Below, one piece after another: positions 29,734-38,214 of a stretch of 43,044 nucleotides of DNA. Below the pieces are notes generated by a model. It searched no databases and was not told where the DNA came from. It saw only the letters and a program-made list of their open reading frames with translations. Each line of letters starts with the position of its first letter. Position 1 is the first letter of the stretch. The DNA lies in the IMG/VR virus record IMGVR_UViG_2711768052_000001, positions 1 to 43,044 of that record. One strand, given 5' to 3'. Origin of the DNA: a virus. Lineage: Duplodnaviria > Heunggongvirae > Uroviricota > Caudoviricetes. The translations under genes were made by a program, and so were the position numbers.

Positions 29734-31110
29734 TCATACGTCAGCCCCTTGTGCATATCGTCTGCCACGCGCAGCAGGTGCATTTGATGCTGTGCAAATC
29801 TGTCTGGCTTCATCCTGGTCACATGCAACAAAGTGTCCGTTACAGAACCGCTGGTAAACCGTACCAAGCGAGCCAAAACGGTTTTTCGTCACAATGATTT
29901 CAGCAAATGGCGCGGCGCTACTGTTCTCGTCATATACCGCTTCCCGATAGAGCATGATGATTGAGTCTGCGTCCTGTTCAATGCTTCCTGAATCACGCAA
30001 ATCTGCGTTTGTCGGGCGTTTGTTTGGTCGCTTCTCAACATCGCGCGAAAGCTGACTTAGGGAGATCACAGGCGTTTTCAGGTCTTTCGCCATCGCCTTA
30101 AGGCTTCCGGAGATGTGAGCAATTGCGAGGTCGTTGCGATCTGCTTTCGGCTTCTCAATCAGGCCAAGATAATCCGCCATGATGAGTGACAGGTTTGGAT
30201 TTTCCTGTTTGTGCCGTTCTGCGATTGAGCGTATTTCTTCGACCGATAACCGCGAGGCATCGACTACCCATACATCCAAATCTGCAAGCTGACTCATGCC
30301 GTTAGCAACGCGCGCCCAGCCTTCGTCATCCATCGATGCAGGATTTCGCAGTACGCTAACCGACATCCTCCCGGCGTTGGCAATGCTTCGCTCTGCAATC
30401 TGCAATGCGCTCATTTCCATTGAGAAAATCAATACCCCGCGCCGGACGTCAGAACCAGGAATAACGCGGCTTGCAACGCCTTCGGCAATCTTCAGCGCCA
30501 GTTCGGTTTTCCCCATACCCGGACGAGCAGCGATAATCACCAGGTCTTCCGCGTTCATCCCTCCGGTGATGGCGTCAAGTTCTTCGATTCCGGTCTTCAG
30601 GGTATCTGACTCTTCTCCGTTCCTCAGACGCTTGTCAAGCGTATCAGTGTAGTCAGTGATGATTTCCCCTAACCGTACCGGTTTAACCTCGTCACAGGGC
30701 TTTCTGATGGCTGAGAGACGCTTTACAAGTTCATCCATCGCCTGACTCGATGCGTCGATGGTTCCGCTCTGAATTGGTTCACGCATTTCATCCATGATTT
30801 CCAGCACCAGACGGCGGTGATAGTTATCCGCGACCATTCCGGCATATCCCTTCAGGTTTGCGGCACTCGGGCAGTTTTTGCTGGTCATCAGGATTGACGT
30901 GAAATGCTCCTCTCCGCACGCCTCGGCAACCATCAGCGCGTCGATTAGGTTTCTGTTTCGCGCCTGCTTGCGGATAACCTCGAAGGCTTTCCGGTAGAGC
31001 GGAATTGAAAACGCTTCCGGCTCCAGCGTTGCCAGAACGTCACTGGCAGTTGGTGTTAATCCACCAATCAGCAGGCCACCGATAACGCTCGCTTCGATAT
31101 CCTGTTTCAT
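29734..31110 (-). CDS. Replicative DNA helicase, DnaB family (P22 gp12-like, 458 aa)
   Basis: Walker A ARPGMGKT, DnaB N-terminal domain, RecA-like C-terminal domain; start overlaps the O-like stop (ATGA). Confidence 0.9.
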   Translation of the reverse strand: MKQDIEASVIGGLLIGGLTPTASDVLATLEPEAFSIPLYRKAFEVIRKQARNRNLIDALMVAEACGEEHFTSILMTSKNCPSAANLKGYAGMVADNYHRRLVLEIMDEMREPIQSGTIDASSQAMDELVKRLSAIRKPCDEVKPVRLGEIITDYTDTLDKRLRNGEESDTLKTGIEELDAITGGMNAEDLVIIAARPGMGKTELALKIAEGVASRVIPGSDVRRGVLIFSMEMSALQIAERSIANAGRMSVSVLRNPASMDDEGWARVANGMSQLADLDVWVVDASRLSVEEIRSIAERHKQENPNLSLIMADYLGLIEKPKADRNDLAIAHISGSLKAMAKDLKTPVISLSQLSRDVEKRPNKRPTNADLRDSGSIEQDADSIIMLYREAVYDENSSAAPFAEIIVTKNRFGSLGTVYQRFCNGHFVACDQDEARQICTASNAPAARGRRYAQGADV

Positions 31111-32054
31111 GCAATCCCCCTGCCTGCAAACTTCCCTTCCCGAACTCCCGTTAACGAATCTTCCCTCAGCAGGTAATCAAAATCAGCCGTCCAGCCCGTG
31201 TCGTTGTCTCCGAAGTAAAACGGCTTGGCCTGATGCACAAACGCCCTGACATACGCTCTGAAACCGTCCACGTTTGGCGTTTTCAGTTGCGGGATGATTT
31301 TCTTCAGGCGGCGTTTTCGTTTCTCGTTGACCGCAACAGCGTGTGGCAGTCTGTCACCGACTTCGGTGTTGTAGGCGTTCAGGAAGGATTCGTAGTCGAT
31401 TCGTTCTGCCTTGCGACGTTCAGGTTTAACCTGCCCATCGCCTCCCCCATTGGGGGGTAGGGGGGTATTATTTATATTCTTGTTAATACCTTCTTGTTCA
31501 TGATGTGCGGTTGTTTGTGCGGCTTCATGTGCGCTTTCATGTGCGGCATGTACGCTGAAAGCCGCGCTATTGCTGGCTTCATCATGTGCGGCATCATGTG
31601 CGGTTGTTTGTGCGGCTTCATGTGCGGGTAAATTGTCCATTTTTTGAGCATATTCATGGTAATTTGTGATGGTTATCACACGGCCTTTTTGCTTCTCTCC
31701 ATCAATGGAGATCATCCCCTCTTTCACAAAAACCTGAAGCATCCGCTCAACCTGATCACGGCTTGCTGGCTTGCCATGTCTGTCGCATAACTGAAGACCT
31801 AAATCAGCTGCTGTCACAACCAGTTGACCGGGTTGCAGATGCCATTCATGACCTTTGAAATTCGCTTTGTATGGCTTTCTGGCGGCATTCAGGAGAAGGT
31901 TTTCCCACAGGGTGCGAAGATAAACATCTTTCGCCCATGACTGTTTCAGAATGCTCCGGTACAACGGAATGTAACCAGTTTTCTGGTTCTCCATCCTGTT
32001 GCTCCTGCGCTCGTGTGCGGCGCTGAAATCGTAGATTTTTGCTGTATTGCTCAT
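31107..32054 (-). CDS. Replication initiation protein, lambda O / P22 gp18-like (315 aa)
   Basis: N-terminus [10 protein letters not shown] resembles lambda O MTNTAKI; contains an internal repetitive His/Ala-rich segment encoded by iteron-like DNA repeats. Confidence 0.85.
   Translation of the reverse strand: MSNTAKIYDFSAAHERRSNRMENQKTGYIPLYRSILKQSWAKDVYLRTLWENLLLNAARKPYKANFKGHEWHLQPGQLVVTAADLGLQLCDRHGKPASRDQVERMLQVFVKEGMISIDGEKQKGRVITITNYHEYAQKMDNLPAHEAAQTTAHDAAHDEASNSAAFSVHAAHESAHEAAQTTAHHEQEGINKNINNTPLPPNGGGDGQVKPERRKAERIDYESFLNAYNTEVGDRLPHAVAVNEKRKRRLKKIIPQLKTPNVDGFRAYVRAFVHQAKPFYFGDNDTGWTADFDYLLREDSLTGVREGKFAGRGIA
31440..31630. repeat. Probable replication origin: iteron array (about 8 copies of a (c/t)(a/t)tgtgcgg unit) plus adjacent G-rich and AT-rich tracts, inside the O-like gene
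   Basis: Two about 35-bp blocks tcatgatgtgcggttgtttgtgcggcttcatgtgcg are directly repeated; flanked by ggggggtagggggg and tattatttatattc. Confidence 0.6.
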
Positions 32055-32056
32055 AA

Positions 32057-32329
32057 CTACCTGCCTTGACGAAAGACCTTAAGAACATCGTTAAACTGAC
32101 TTACGGATATGTCTTCTTTGAGAAGCTTTTCCAGAAATGCGTTTGGAATGAACGTATATCCCTCCTCTTTTGGTAGAGACGGGAGCAACGCCCTCGCCTC
32201 AGCCTTCAGAAGCTCAGTTCTGGCAACTTTCACAAAAGAGATTTGAGTTCTTTCATCAATGGAACGAAGGAAGCGCAAACGCTTAGCTTCTTTGTGTGTA
32301 TCAGGTGGAGTAAAGCCTTTGTTTCGCAT
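32057..32329 (-). CDS. Hypothetical protein (90 aa) between cII and the O-like gene
   Basis: ORF 32057..32602 trimmed to MRNKGF (GAGGT SD); the longer N-terminus would overlap cII. Confidence 0.5.
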   Translation of the reverse strand: MRNKGFTPPDTHKEAKRLRFLRSIDERTQISFVKVARTELLKAEARALLPSLPKEEGYTFIPNAFLEKLLKEDISVSQFNDVLKVFRQGR

Positions 32330-32351
32330 ATAATTACCTCGTTGGATGTTG

Positions 32352-32645
32352 TTAAAATTCCATTTGTATTTGATCAGAACGCTCGGTTGCCGCCGGGCGT
32401 TTTTTATTGGTGAGAATCGAAGCAACTTGTCGTGCCAATCGAGCCATGTCGTCGTCGACAACACCCCATTCAAGAACAGCAAGCAGCATTGAGAACTTTG
32501 GAATCCAGTCCCTCTTCCACCTGCTGATCTGCGACTTATCAACTCCCACAGCTTCCGCTGTCTTCTCAGTTCCAAGCATTGCGATTTTGTTAAGCAACGC
32601 ACTCTCGATTCTTAGAGCCTCGTTGCGTTTGTTTGCACGAACCAT
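32352..32645 (-). CDS. cII: Transcriptional activator CII (97 aa)
   Basis: MVRANKRNEALRIESALLNKIAMLGTEKTAEAVGVDKSQISRWKRDWIPKFSMLLAVLEWG recalled as near-identical to lambda CII. Confidence 0.95.
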   Translation of the reverse strand: MVRANKRNEALRIESALLNKIAMLGTEKTAEAVGVDKSQISRWKRDWIPKFSMLLAVLEWGVVDDDMARLARQVASILTNKKRPAATERSDQIQMEF

Positions 32646-32724
32646 ATGTAAGTATTTCCTTAGATAACAATTGATTGAATGTATGCAAATAAATGCATAC
32701 ACCATAGGTGTGGTTTAATTTGAT

Positions 32725-32756
32725 GCCCTTTTTCAGGGCTGTGATGTGTAAGAGCG
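32725..32756 (-). promoter_or_regulatory. nutR antitermination site (boxA CGCTCTTA and boxB GCCCTGAAAAAGGGC hairpin)
   Basis: Minus-strand CGCTCTTACACATCACAGCCCTGAAAAAGGGC, lambda nutR-like, between cro and cII. Confidence 0.75.
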
Positions 32757-32764
32757 AGAATGTC

Positions 32765-32980
32765 TTAAGCGGCTTTGTGTTCCGGCGGGAACACGTCATC
32801 AAGACTGACTTTTGCGCCTAACTTGTTTAGGCACTCAACAAGAGCACGGCATGTTTTAAGGTCTGGGAAGCGACGACCAGATTCCCAATGTCCGATAGCT
32901 CCCTGTGTGCATCCAACTGCCTTAGCAAGTGTTGTTTGAGAGATATTCAGTGACTCTCGATATTTTCGTAGGTTGCTCAT
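32765..32980 (-). CDS. cro: Cro-like HTH repressor (71 aa), non-lambda immunity type
   Basis: MSNLRKYRESLNISQTTLAKAVGCTQGAIGHWESGRRFP: HTH_XRE fold; GGAGGG SD; divergent from cI. Confidence 0.8.
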   Translation of the reverse strand: MSNLRKYRESLNISQTTLAKAVGCTQGAIGHWESGRRFPDLKTCRALVECLNKLGAKVSLDDVFPPEHKAA

Positions 32981-33006
32981 ATGCCCTCCATAGTAACCAT
33001 GAAACA

Positions 33007-33035
33007 ATAATACGATATGTACTTTTAGAATGCAA
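33007..33035 (-). promoter_or_regulatory. Candidate PR promoter (-35 TTGCAT, 17-bp spacer, -10 TATTAT) with an operator-like 15-mer in the spacer
   Basis: Minus strand TTGCAT-tctaaaagtacatatcg-TATTAT about 25 nt upstream of the cro ATG; the spacer 15-mer AAGTACATATCGTAT resembles the one in PL. Confidence 0.55.
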
Positions 33036-33092
33036 ACAAAAAAATACATCTTGTGCATGGATGGTTTTAGTACAGAGCGTAATAATAAGGGT

Positions 33093-33752
33093 ATGAAAAT
33101 GAAATGGTATGAACTGGCTAGATCCAGAATGAAAGAGCTCGGCATAACTCAAGAGAGGTTAGCTGAAGAGCTTGGTATGACGCAGGGTGGAATTGGTCAC
33201 TGGTTGCGCGGATCTCGTCATCCATCTCTTGACGAGATTGGTGTGGTGTTTAAATACCTTGGTATTGATAACGTCTCATTCAACCACGACGGTACATTTT
33301 CACCTGTTGGCGAATACTCTCTGCCCCCGTTAAAAAAACAATATGAGTACCCTGTTTTTTCTCATGTTCAGGCCGGGATGTTCTCGCCTGAGCTTAGAAC
33401 CTTTACCAAAGGTGATGCGGAGAGATGGGTCAGCACAACCAAAAAAGCCAGTGATTGTGCGTTCTGGCTTGAAGTTGAAGGTAATTCCATGACCGCGCCA
33501 ACAGGATCCAAGCCAAGCTTTCCTGACGGGATGTTAATTCTCGTTGACCCTGAGCAGGCTGTTGAGCCAGGTGATTTCTGCATAGCCAGACTTGGTGGTG
33601 ACGAGTTTACCTTCAAGAAACTGATCAGGGATAGCGGTCAGGTGTTCCTACAGCCACTAAACCCGCAATATCCAATGATTCCATGCAATGATAGCTGTTC
33701 CGTAGTAGGGAAAGTTATCGCCAGCCAGTGGCCTGAAGAGACATTTAGTTAA
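33093..33752 (+). CDS. cI: CI repressor (about 219 aa): non-lambda N-terminal HTH domain fused to a lambda-like C-terminal S24 peptidase/dimerisation domain
   Basis: C-terminal about 115 aa ([30 protein letters not shown]...EVEGNSMT...) recalled as near-identical to lambda CI; N-terminal HTH differs; start may be 33093 or 33099 (ORF track 33030). Confidence 0.9.
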   Translation: MKMKWYELARSRMKELGITQERLAEELGMTQGGIGHWLRGSRHPSLDEIGVVFKYLGIDNVSFNHDGTFSPVGEYSLPPLKKQYEYPVFSHVQAGMFSPELRTFTKGDAERWVSTTKKASDCAFWLEVEGNSMTAPTGSKPSFPDGMLILVDPEQAVEPGDFCIARLGGDEFTFKKLIRDSGQVFLQPLNPQYPMIPCNDSCSVVGKVIASQWPEETFS

Positions 33753-33784
33753 CAGCCTCACAACTCTAAAATACACAACAATAA

Positions 33785-33812
33785 CCCGACCTTAGCGTCG
33801 GGTTTTCTTTTT
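33785..33812 (+). terminator. Rho-independent terminator downstream of cI
   Basis: cccgac-cttagc-gtcggg hairpin followed by ttttcttttt. Confidence 0.65.
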
Positions 33813-33877
33813 CCAAAATATAAACCCATTAAATACAAAGCGTTATAAAAAACTAATTATATTTAGAACATTTTGTA

Positions 33878-33906
33878 TTGACTCAATAAAGTACAAATCG
33901 TACTAT
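33878..33906 (+). promoter_or_regulatory. PL promoter (-35 TTGACT, 17-bp spacer, -10 TACTAT) with an operator-like near-palindrome AGTACAAATCGTACT in the spacer
   Basis: Consensus-like hexamers with correct spacing upstream of nutL and N; the downstream transcript start region ATCAGCAGGACGCACT is lambda-like. Confidence 0.7.
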
Positions 33907-33945
33907 TTAGCCATCAGCAGGACGCACTAACCACCATGAAGGTGA

Positions 33946-33976
33946 GGCTCTTAAAAATTAAGCCCTGAAGAAGGGC
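33946..33976 (+). promoter_or_regulatory. nutL antitermination site (boxA GCTCTTA, boxB GCCCTGAAGAAGGGC)
   Basis: ggctcttaaaaattaagccctgaagaagggc, nearly identical to lambda nutL as recalled. Confidence 0.85.
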
Positions 33977-34159
33977 GGCATTCAAAGCAGAAAGCTTTGG
34001 GGTGTGGTGAAGCTCAACGGCGAGCTAGGGAATAGTTTTGCGGTGAAGATTCTAGACAACTAACCGCAGGATGCGCGTAACCCAATCGGCAGCGCACCGA
34101 TGGAAGCTGGTTCGACTCCAGCCACCACACCACCAAAGCTAACTGACAGGAGAATCCAG

Positions 34160-34486
34160 ATGGATGCACAAACACGCCGCCGCGAACGTCGCGCAGAGAA
34201 ACAGGCTCAATGGAAAGCAGCAAATCCCCTGTTGGTTGGGGTAAACGCAAAACCAGTTAACCGCCCTATTCTCTCGCTGAATCGCAAACCGAAATCACGA
34301 GTAGAAAGCGCACTGAATCCGATAGACCTTACGGTGCTGGCTGAATACCACGAACAGATTGAAAGCAACCTGCAACGTATTGAGCGCAAGAATCAGCGCA
34401 CATGGTACAGCAAGCCACGCAGTGAAATGGGTGTGACTTGTGTTGGTCGCCAGAAAATGAAATTAGGCAGCAAACCACTTATTTGA
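34160..34486 (+). CDS. N: Antiterminator N (108 aa)
   Basis: MDAQTRRRERRAEKQAQWKAANPLLVGV... arginine-rich motif; lambda N-like; AGGAG SD; ORF-track start at 34100 rejected. Confidence 0.95.
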   Translation: MDAQTRRRERRAEKQAQWKAANPLLVGVNAKPVNRPILSLNRKPKSRVESALNPIDLTVLAEYHEQIESNLQRIERKNQRTWYSKPRSEMGVTCVGRQKMKLGSKPLI

Positions 34487-34494
34487 GGTGAGAT

Positions 34495-34860
34495 ATGGAA
34501 GAACAAGCAAACAAGATTCTCGTAGAACTACTGCAAAAAGCCAGTAATGGAATAGACGCGGCTGTTTCATTTAGCCAGGCACAGATTCCTGATGTCATCC
34601 ATCAGCTTTTGATGTGGCACGCCGTATCATCAGCTGGAATTCAGGCTATCTGTGTATTGGTGATTATAGCGTGTGTTTATCTGATGATTTTTGCATGGAA
34701 TAAAGGAGATGATGCGGATGTTGTTATTTTATCGCTACTTGTAACATCAGGAATAGAGATTACTTCTATTGTTGTTTTCTTCAATTATTTCGACTGGCTG
34801 AAAATCTGGCTTGCTCCAAAACTTTACCTTATCGAATATGCAGCATCATTGGTTAAGTAA
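34495..34860 (+). CDS. Membrane protein (121 aa, 2-3 predicted TM helices); candidate superinfection-exclusion-type moron
   Basis: GAGGTGAG SD; hydrophobic segments ICVLVIIACVYLMIFAW and ILSLLVTSGIEITSIVVFF; first gene after N. Confidence 0.6.
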   Translation: MEEQANKILVELLQKASNGIDAAVSFSQAQIPDVIHQLLMWHAVSSAGIQAICVLVIIACVYLMIFAWNKGDDADVVILSLLVTSGIEITSIVVFFNYFDWLKIWLAPKLYLIEYAASLVK

Positions 34861-34864
34861 TTTC

Positions 34865-34892
34865 AGGCCGAATATTCGGCCTTTATTTTTAG
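34865..34892 (+). terminator. Rho-independent terminator after the membrane-protein gene
   Basis: Perfect palindrome aggccgaatattcggcct followed by ttatttttag. Confidence 0.55.
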
Positions 34893-34912
34893 CATAAACA
34901 ACAGAGGTGAAT

Positions 34913-35047
34913 ATGAACGCAGTTGAATTTACAAAATGGATGGCAGAGCAAGATATCACAGGAGCCGACGAAAAGGCTGTGTACTACATGGCTATGCTAT
35001 GGATTCACAAAGCAAAAGAGGCTGCAAATGCTCTTGGAGGTGAGTGA
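34913..35047 (+). CDS. Hypothetical small protein (44 aa)
   Basis: Hand-translated MNAVEFTKWMAEQDITGADEKAVYYMAMLWIHKAKEAANALGGE; AGAGGTGA SD; stop overlaps the next ATG. Confidence 0.4.
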   Translation: MNAVEFTKWMAEQDITGADEKAVYYMAMLWIHKAKEAANALGGE

Positions 35048-35247
35048 TGTGCGAGTTTTATGAAGCAGATATCAAACGCCCAGAAATGGCAAGTGATGCG
35101 ACATTACGTGATTACTTCGCAGCAAAGGCTATGCAAGCAATGATTAGCAATCCATCGATTATCGATAATGATTCTGATGGAGCTGTTAATTATGCAGCAA
35201 GCGCTGCATATAAGTTTGCAGACGCAATGCTCAAAGCTCGCGAATAA
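35047..35247 (+). CDS. Hypothetical acidic protein (66 aa)
   Basis: ORF 35044..35247; the ATG at 35047 is preferred over GTG 35044. Confidence 0.5.
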   Translation: MCEFYEADIKRPEMASDATLRDYFAAKAMQAMISNPSIIDNDSDGAVNYAASAAYKFADAMLKARE

Positions 35248-35381
35248 GCACTGTGTATTCATTCCAACGAGTGAATACACGGAGCAATGTCGCTCGTAAC
35301 TAAACAGGAGCCGACTTGTTCTGATTATTGGAAATCTTCTTTGCCCTCCGATGTGAGGGCAATTTTTTTGATGGAGGATAT

Positions 35382-36350
35382 ATGAGTGAAGTAACAGATT
35401 TAGTTGTTATTGAAAAAGCAAATGCAATGACTGTATTTCAGTCTGCCGACCAGATTGAAGAAATCCTTCAAAAGGTTGAACGTGAAGTTATGTCCTTTGT
35501 GCCTGATATCACAACGGCAAAGGGCAGAAAGGAGATCGCTTCTCTGGCGTATAAAGTTGCGCAGACGAAAACATATCTCGATGGTCTTGGCAAAGACCTT
35601 GTTGCTGAACTGAAGGAAATTCCAAAGCTAATTGATGCCAACCGCAAGACAGTGCGCGATCGCCTTGATGAGCTGAAAGCCAAGGCACGCCAGCCTCTTA
35701 CTGATTATGAGGAAGAACAGGCGCGGATTAAAGCCGAAGAAGAAGCTAAGGCAGCAGCTGAAGCTCTCGCAAAGCAAATTGAGTCTGACCATGAAATAGC
35801 GATTTTGATGGATCGCGAATTTGACCGCCAAAGAGAAGAGGCAAGACTCAAAGCGGAGCAGGAAAAGCGAGAGCATGAAGAACGCTTAAAAAGAGAAGCT
35901 GAAGAGAAAGCCAGAGCAGAAGCCGAAGCAAAGGCAAAATCCGAAATTGAAGCAGCAGCAAGGCGAGAAGCAGAAGCTAAGGCCGCAGCGGAACGTGCAG
36001 AGCGTGAACGCATTGAAGCCGAGCAGCGAGCACAGCGCGAAGCAAAAGAGGCAGCAGAACGAGCTGAAAGAGAAAAGCAGGCAGCAATTGAAGCAGAACG
36101 CAGAAAAGCACAGGAGGAGGCTGAACGAATCCGTCGCGATGCTGAAGCAAAAGAGCAAGCCAGAATAGCAGAAGAAAAAAGAATCAAGGACGAAGAAGAG
36201 CGTAGAGCAAAGGATAAAGCTCACCGGAAAGAAGTAAATAACAAAATACTTGCTGACCTTATCAAGGTTGGCGCATCAGAAGATGTTGCTAAAAATATCA
36301 TAACAGCCATCGTAAAAGGCGAAGTATTCGCAACAAAAATAACCTACTAA
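35382..36350 (+). CDS. Hypothetical protein (322 aa) with a long Glu/Ala/Arg/Lys-rich coiled coil (TolA-like composition)
   Basis: GGAGG SD at Met19 of ORF 35328..36350; about 100-aa globular N-terminus then about 170 aa of charged helical repeats. Confidence 0.7.
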   Translation: MSEVTDLVVIEKANAMTVFQSADQIEEILQKVEREVMSFVPDITTAKGRKEIASLAYKVAQTKTYLDGLGKDLVAELKEIPKLIDANRKTVRDRLDELKAKARQPLTDYEEEQARIKAEEEAKAAAEALAKQIESDHEIAILMDREFDRQREEARLKAEQEKREHEERLKREAEEKARAEAEAKAKSEIEAAARREAEAKAAAERAERERIEAEQRAQREAKEAAERAEREKQAAIEAERRKAQEEAERIRRDAEAKEQARIAEEKRIKDEEERRAKDKAHRKEVNNKILADLIKVGASEDVAKNIITAIVKGEVFATKITY

Positions 36351-36373
36351 TAAACCAACATAAGGAACCACCC

Positions 36374-36505
36374 ATGATTTACGCAATCGCGGGAGGCGCT
36401 CGCATGGGTGCCTTCCAACTAAATGAATCTTTACTTGAACGAATCACCCGTAAATTACGTGACGGATGGAAAAGAGTTGAGGTCTTATTATGCGCAATGA
36501 AATAG
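36374..36505 (+). CDS. cIII: CIII-like protease inhibitor (43 aa)
   Basis: Hand-translated MIYAIAGGARMGAFQLNESLLERITRKLRDGWKRVEVLLCAMK; the ESLLERITRKLRDGWKR core matches lambda CIII as recalled; AAGGAA SD. Confidence 0.7.
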   Translation: MIYAIAGGARMGAFQLNESLLERITRKLRDGWKRVEVLLCAMK

Positions 36506-36642
36506 CCATCAATCACCAGATGCTTCGTGCTGCACAGAACAAAGCAGTAATAGCACGATTTATTGGTGATTCAAAAATGTGGCTTGAAGCAAATAAAGCG
36601 ATGAAATCAGCTATCAATCTTCCGTGGTATCGCAGGAAATGA
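36490..36642 (+). CDS. kil: Kil-like protein (50 aa)
   Basis: Hand-translated MRNEIAINHQMLRAAQNKAVIARFIGDSKMWLEANKAMKSAINLPWYRRK; the FIGD.KM motif resembles lambda/P22 Kil as far as I recall; GAGG SD. Confidence 0.5.
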   Translation: MRNEIAINHQMLRAAQNKAVIARFIGDSKMWLEANKAMKSAINLPWYRRK

Positions 36643-36797
36643 GTTTTACAGATAACTGGTCAGACGAAGAGTTCATTCGTCAGATGAAAGAATTAATCGG
36701 TAACGAAGGAGATATTCATGTCACTTGCAACCACAGTGAAGGAGAGCAAGTTACAGAGACGCATGTACACACAGAAAGCTCTCTGGTATCGCCATAA
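36639..36797 (+). CDS. Hypothetical small acidic protein (52 aa), possibly Arf-like
   Basis: Hand-translated MSFTDNWSDEEFIRQMKELIGNEGDIHVTCNHSEGEQVTETHVHTESSLVSP; ATGA overlap with the kil-like stop; sits just upstream of erf. Confidence 0.4.
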   Translation: MSFTDNWSDEEFIRQMKELIGNEGDIHVTCNHSEGEQVTETHVHTESSLVSP

Positions 36798-36898
36798 TGG
36801 TGACCGCGAAGGAATGCGGGTATGCCTTAATTTGTCCCGAGTCGAAGTATTAAATCAGCGTTATTTCCTTGGGCCATGTCCATTCTGAGAACAATCAT

Positions 36899-37504
36899 AT
36901 GAGCAAAGAATTTTACGCAAGACTGGCAGCTATTCAGGAAAATCTGAACGCGCCCAAGAATCAGTACAACTCATTCGGTAAATATAAATACAGAAGCTGC
37001 GAAGACATTCTTGAAGGCGTTAAGCCGTTACTGAATGGTCTGTTTTTATCAATCAGCGATGAAGTTGTGTTGATTGGTGATCGGTATTACGTGAAAGCCA
37101 CGGCAACTATTACCGATGGCGAAAACAGTCATACGGCAACCGCTCTTGCACGAGAGGAAGAAAGCAAGAAAGGAATGGATTCTGCACAAGTTACTGGAGC
37201 TACAAGTTCTTATGCGCGCAAGTATTGCCTCAATGGTTTGTTCGGCATAGATGATGCGAAAGATGCAGATACAGACGAGCATAAACATCAGCAGAACGCA
37301 GCAGCAAAGCAATCAAAGCCATCACCTACACCTGAACAGGTTTTAAAAGCATTCACTGACGCAGCAATGCAGAAAAACACCGTAGAAGAGCTTAAACAGG
37401 CGTTCGCCAAAGCGTGGAAGATGCTCGAAGGCACACCGGAGCAGCACAAAGCGCAGGACGTTTACAACATCAGACGAGACGAATTAGAAGGAGCGGCTGC
37501 TTAA
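36899..37504 (+). CDS. erf: Erf single-strand annealing recombinase (201 aa)
   Basis: MSKEFYARLAAIQENLNAPKNQYNSFGKYKYRSCEDILEGVKPLL... recalled as highly similar to P22 Erf. Confidence 0.9.
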   Translation: MSKEFYARLAAIQENLNAPKNQYNSFGKYKYRSCEDILEGVKPLLNGLFLSISDEVVLIGDRYYVKATATITDGENSHTATALAREEESKKGMDSAQVTGATSSYARKYCLNGLFGIDDAKDADTDEHKHQQNAAAKQSKPSPTPEQVLKAFTDAAMQKNTVEELKQAFAKAWKMLEGTPEQHKAQDVYNIRRDELEGAAA

Positions 37505-37887
37505 TGGCACATTCGATTACTGTAAGACTAAACAAGCCCGCAAGAGAGTTTCAGGCCGGGGAAAATATCGGATTCAACATCCGTGCTGGCGTTCAGTATT
37601 ACGATCGCCAGACAAAAAAGAAAGAATGGACAAACTACAGCGCCGTTGTATTTGCCAAGCCGGGAGCGCAAGCGGATTACTACCGTAGTGTTCTTGTTGA
37701 AGGTGGCATTGTAGAAATTACCGGAGAAAACATCAGGGTTGATGTTTATCAGGGGCAAAATGGTCAATCAATCACTCTTGAATTACTGAATGCAAAGATT
37801 GGATTTGCAACTTCAGGAAACAGCCAACAGCAGCAAAGTAGCGATCATCAAAATCATCCTGAATACGACGATTCAATTCCATTCTAA
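37504..37887 (+). CDS. Single-stranded DNA-binding protein, phage SSB-like (127 aa)
   Basis: C-terminal Gln-rich linker ending in the acidic tail DDSIPF typical of SSB; TAATG overlap with the erf stop. Confidence 0.7.
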   Translation: MAHSITVRLNKPAREFQAGENIGFNIRAGVQYYDRQTKKKEWTNYSAVVFAKPGAQADYYRSVLVEGGIVEITGENIRVDVYQGQNGQSITLELLNAKIGFATSGNSQQQQSSDHQNHPEYDDSIPF

Positions 37888-37910
37888 AGTAGCAACATAA
37901 GGATTCCATT

Positions 37911-38204
37911 ATGCCAGCGCCTATGTATGGTGCGGATGACCCGCGCCGCTGTTCCGGCAATTCCGTATCGGAGGTGCTGGATAAATTCAGGAAAAACTAC
38001 GACCTGATAATGTCGCTACCGCAGGAAACGAAAGAGGAAAAGGAATTTCGCCACTGTATATGGCTTGCAGAGAAAGAAGAACGAGAGCGAATTTACCAGA
38101 CATCAATCCGACCATTCCGCAAAGCCACATATACCCACTTCCCTGAAATTGACCCGCGCCTGCGTAATTACCGCTCACGCTATGGCGCTATCAGTAATGA
38201 CTGA
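37911..38204 (+). CDS. Hypothetical protein (97 aa); possibly Abc2-like anti-RecBCD protein
   Basis: Size and position (recombination module, next to erf) match P22 abc2 (97 aa); sequence identity not verified. Confidence 0.45.
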   Translation: MPAPMYGADDPRRCSGNSVSEVLDKFRKNYDLIMSLPQETKEEKEFRHCIWLAEKEERERIYQTSIRPFRKATYTHFPEIDPRLRNYRSRYGAISND

Positions 38205-38214
38205 GGAATTTACC

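Noticed and set aside
31490-31630. Possible CRISPR array (short direct repeats)
   Set aside because: Repeats are 9-35 bp iterons without regular spacers, lie inside a replication-initiator gene and have no cas genes nearby
31472-31657. 61-aa ORF rich in His/Pro/Met/Lys repeats on the minus strand
   Set aside because: Out-of-frame reading of the iteron repeats inside the O-like gene; a repeat artefact, not a gene
32407-32667. 86-aa plus-strand ORF
   Set aside because: Antisense to cII, which is near-identical to lambda CII
35705-36224. Long minus-strand ORFs (160 and 112 aa) rich in Ser/Ala/Cys/Phe
   Set aside because: Antisense low-complexity frames through the coiled-coil gene 35382..36350, which has a proper SD and start
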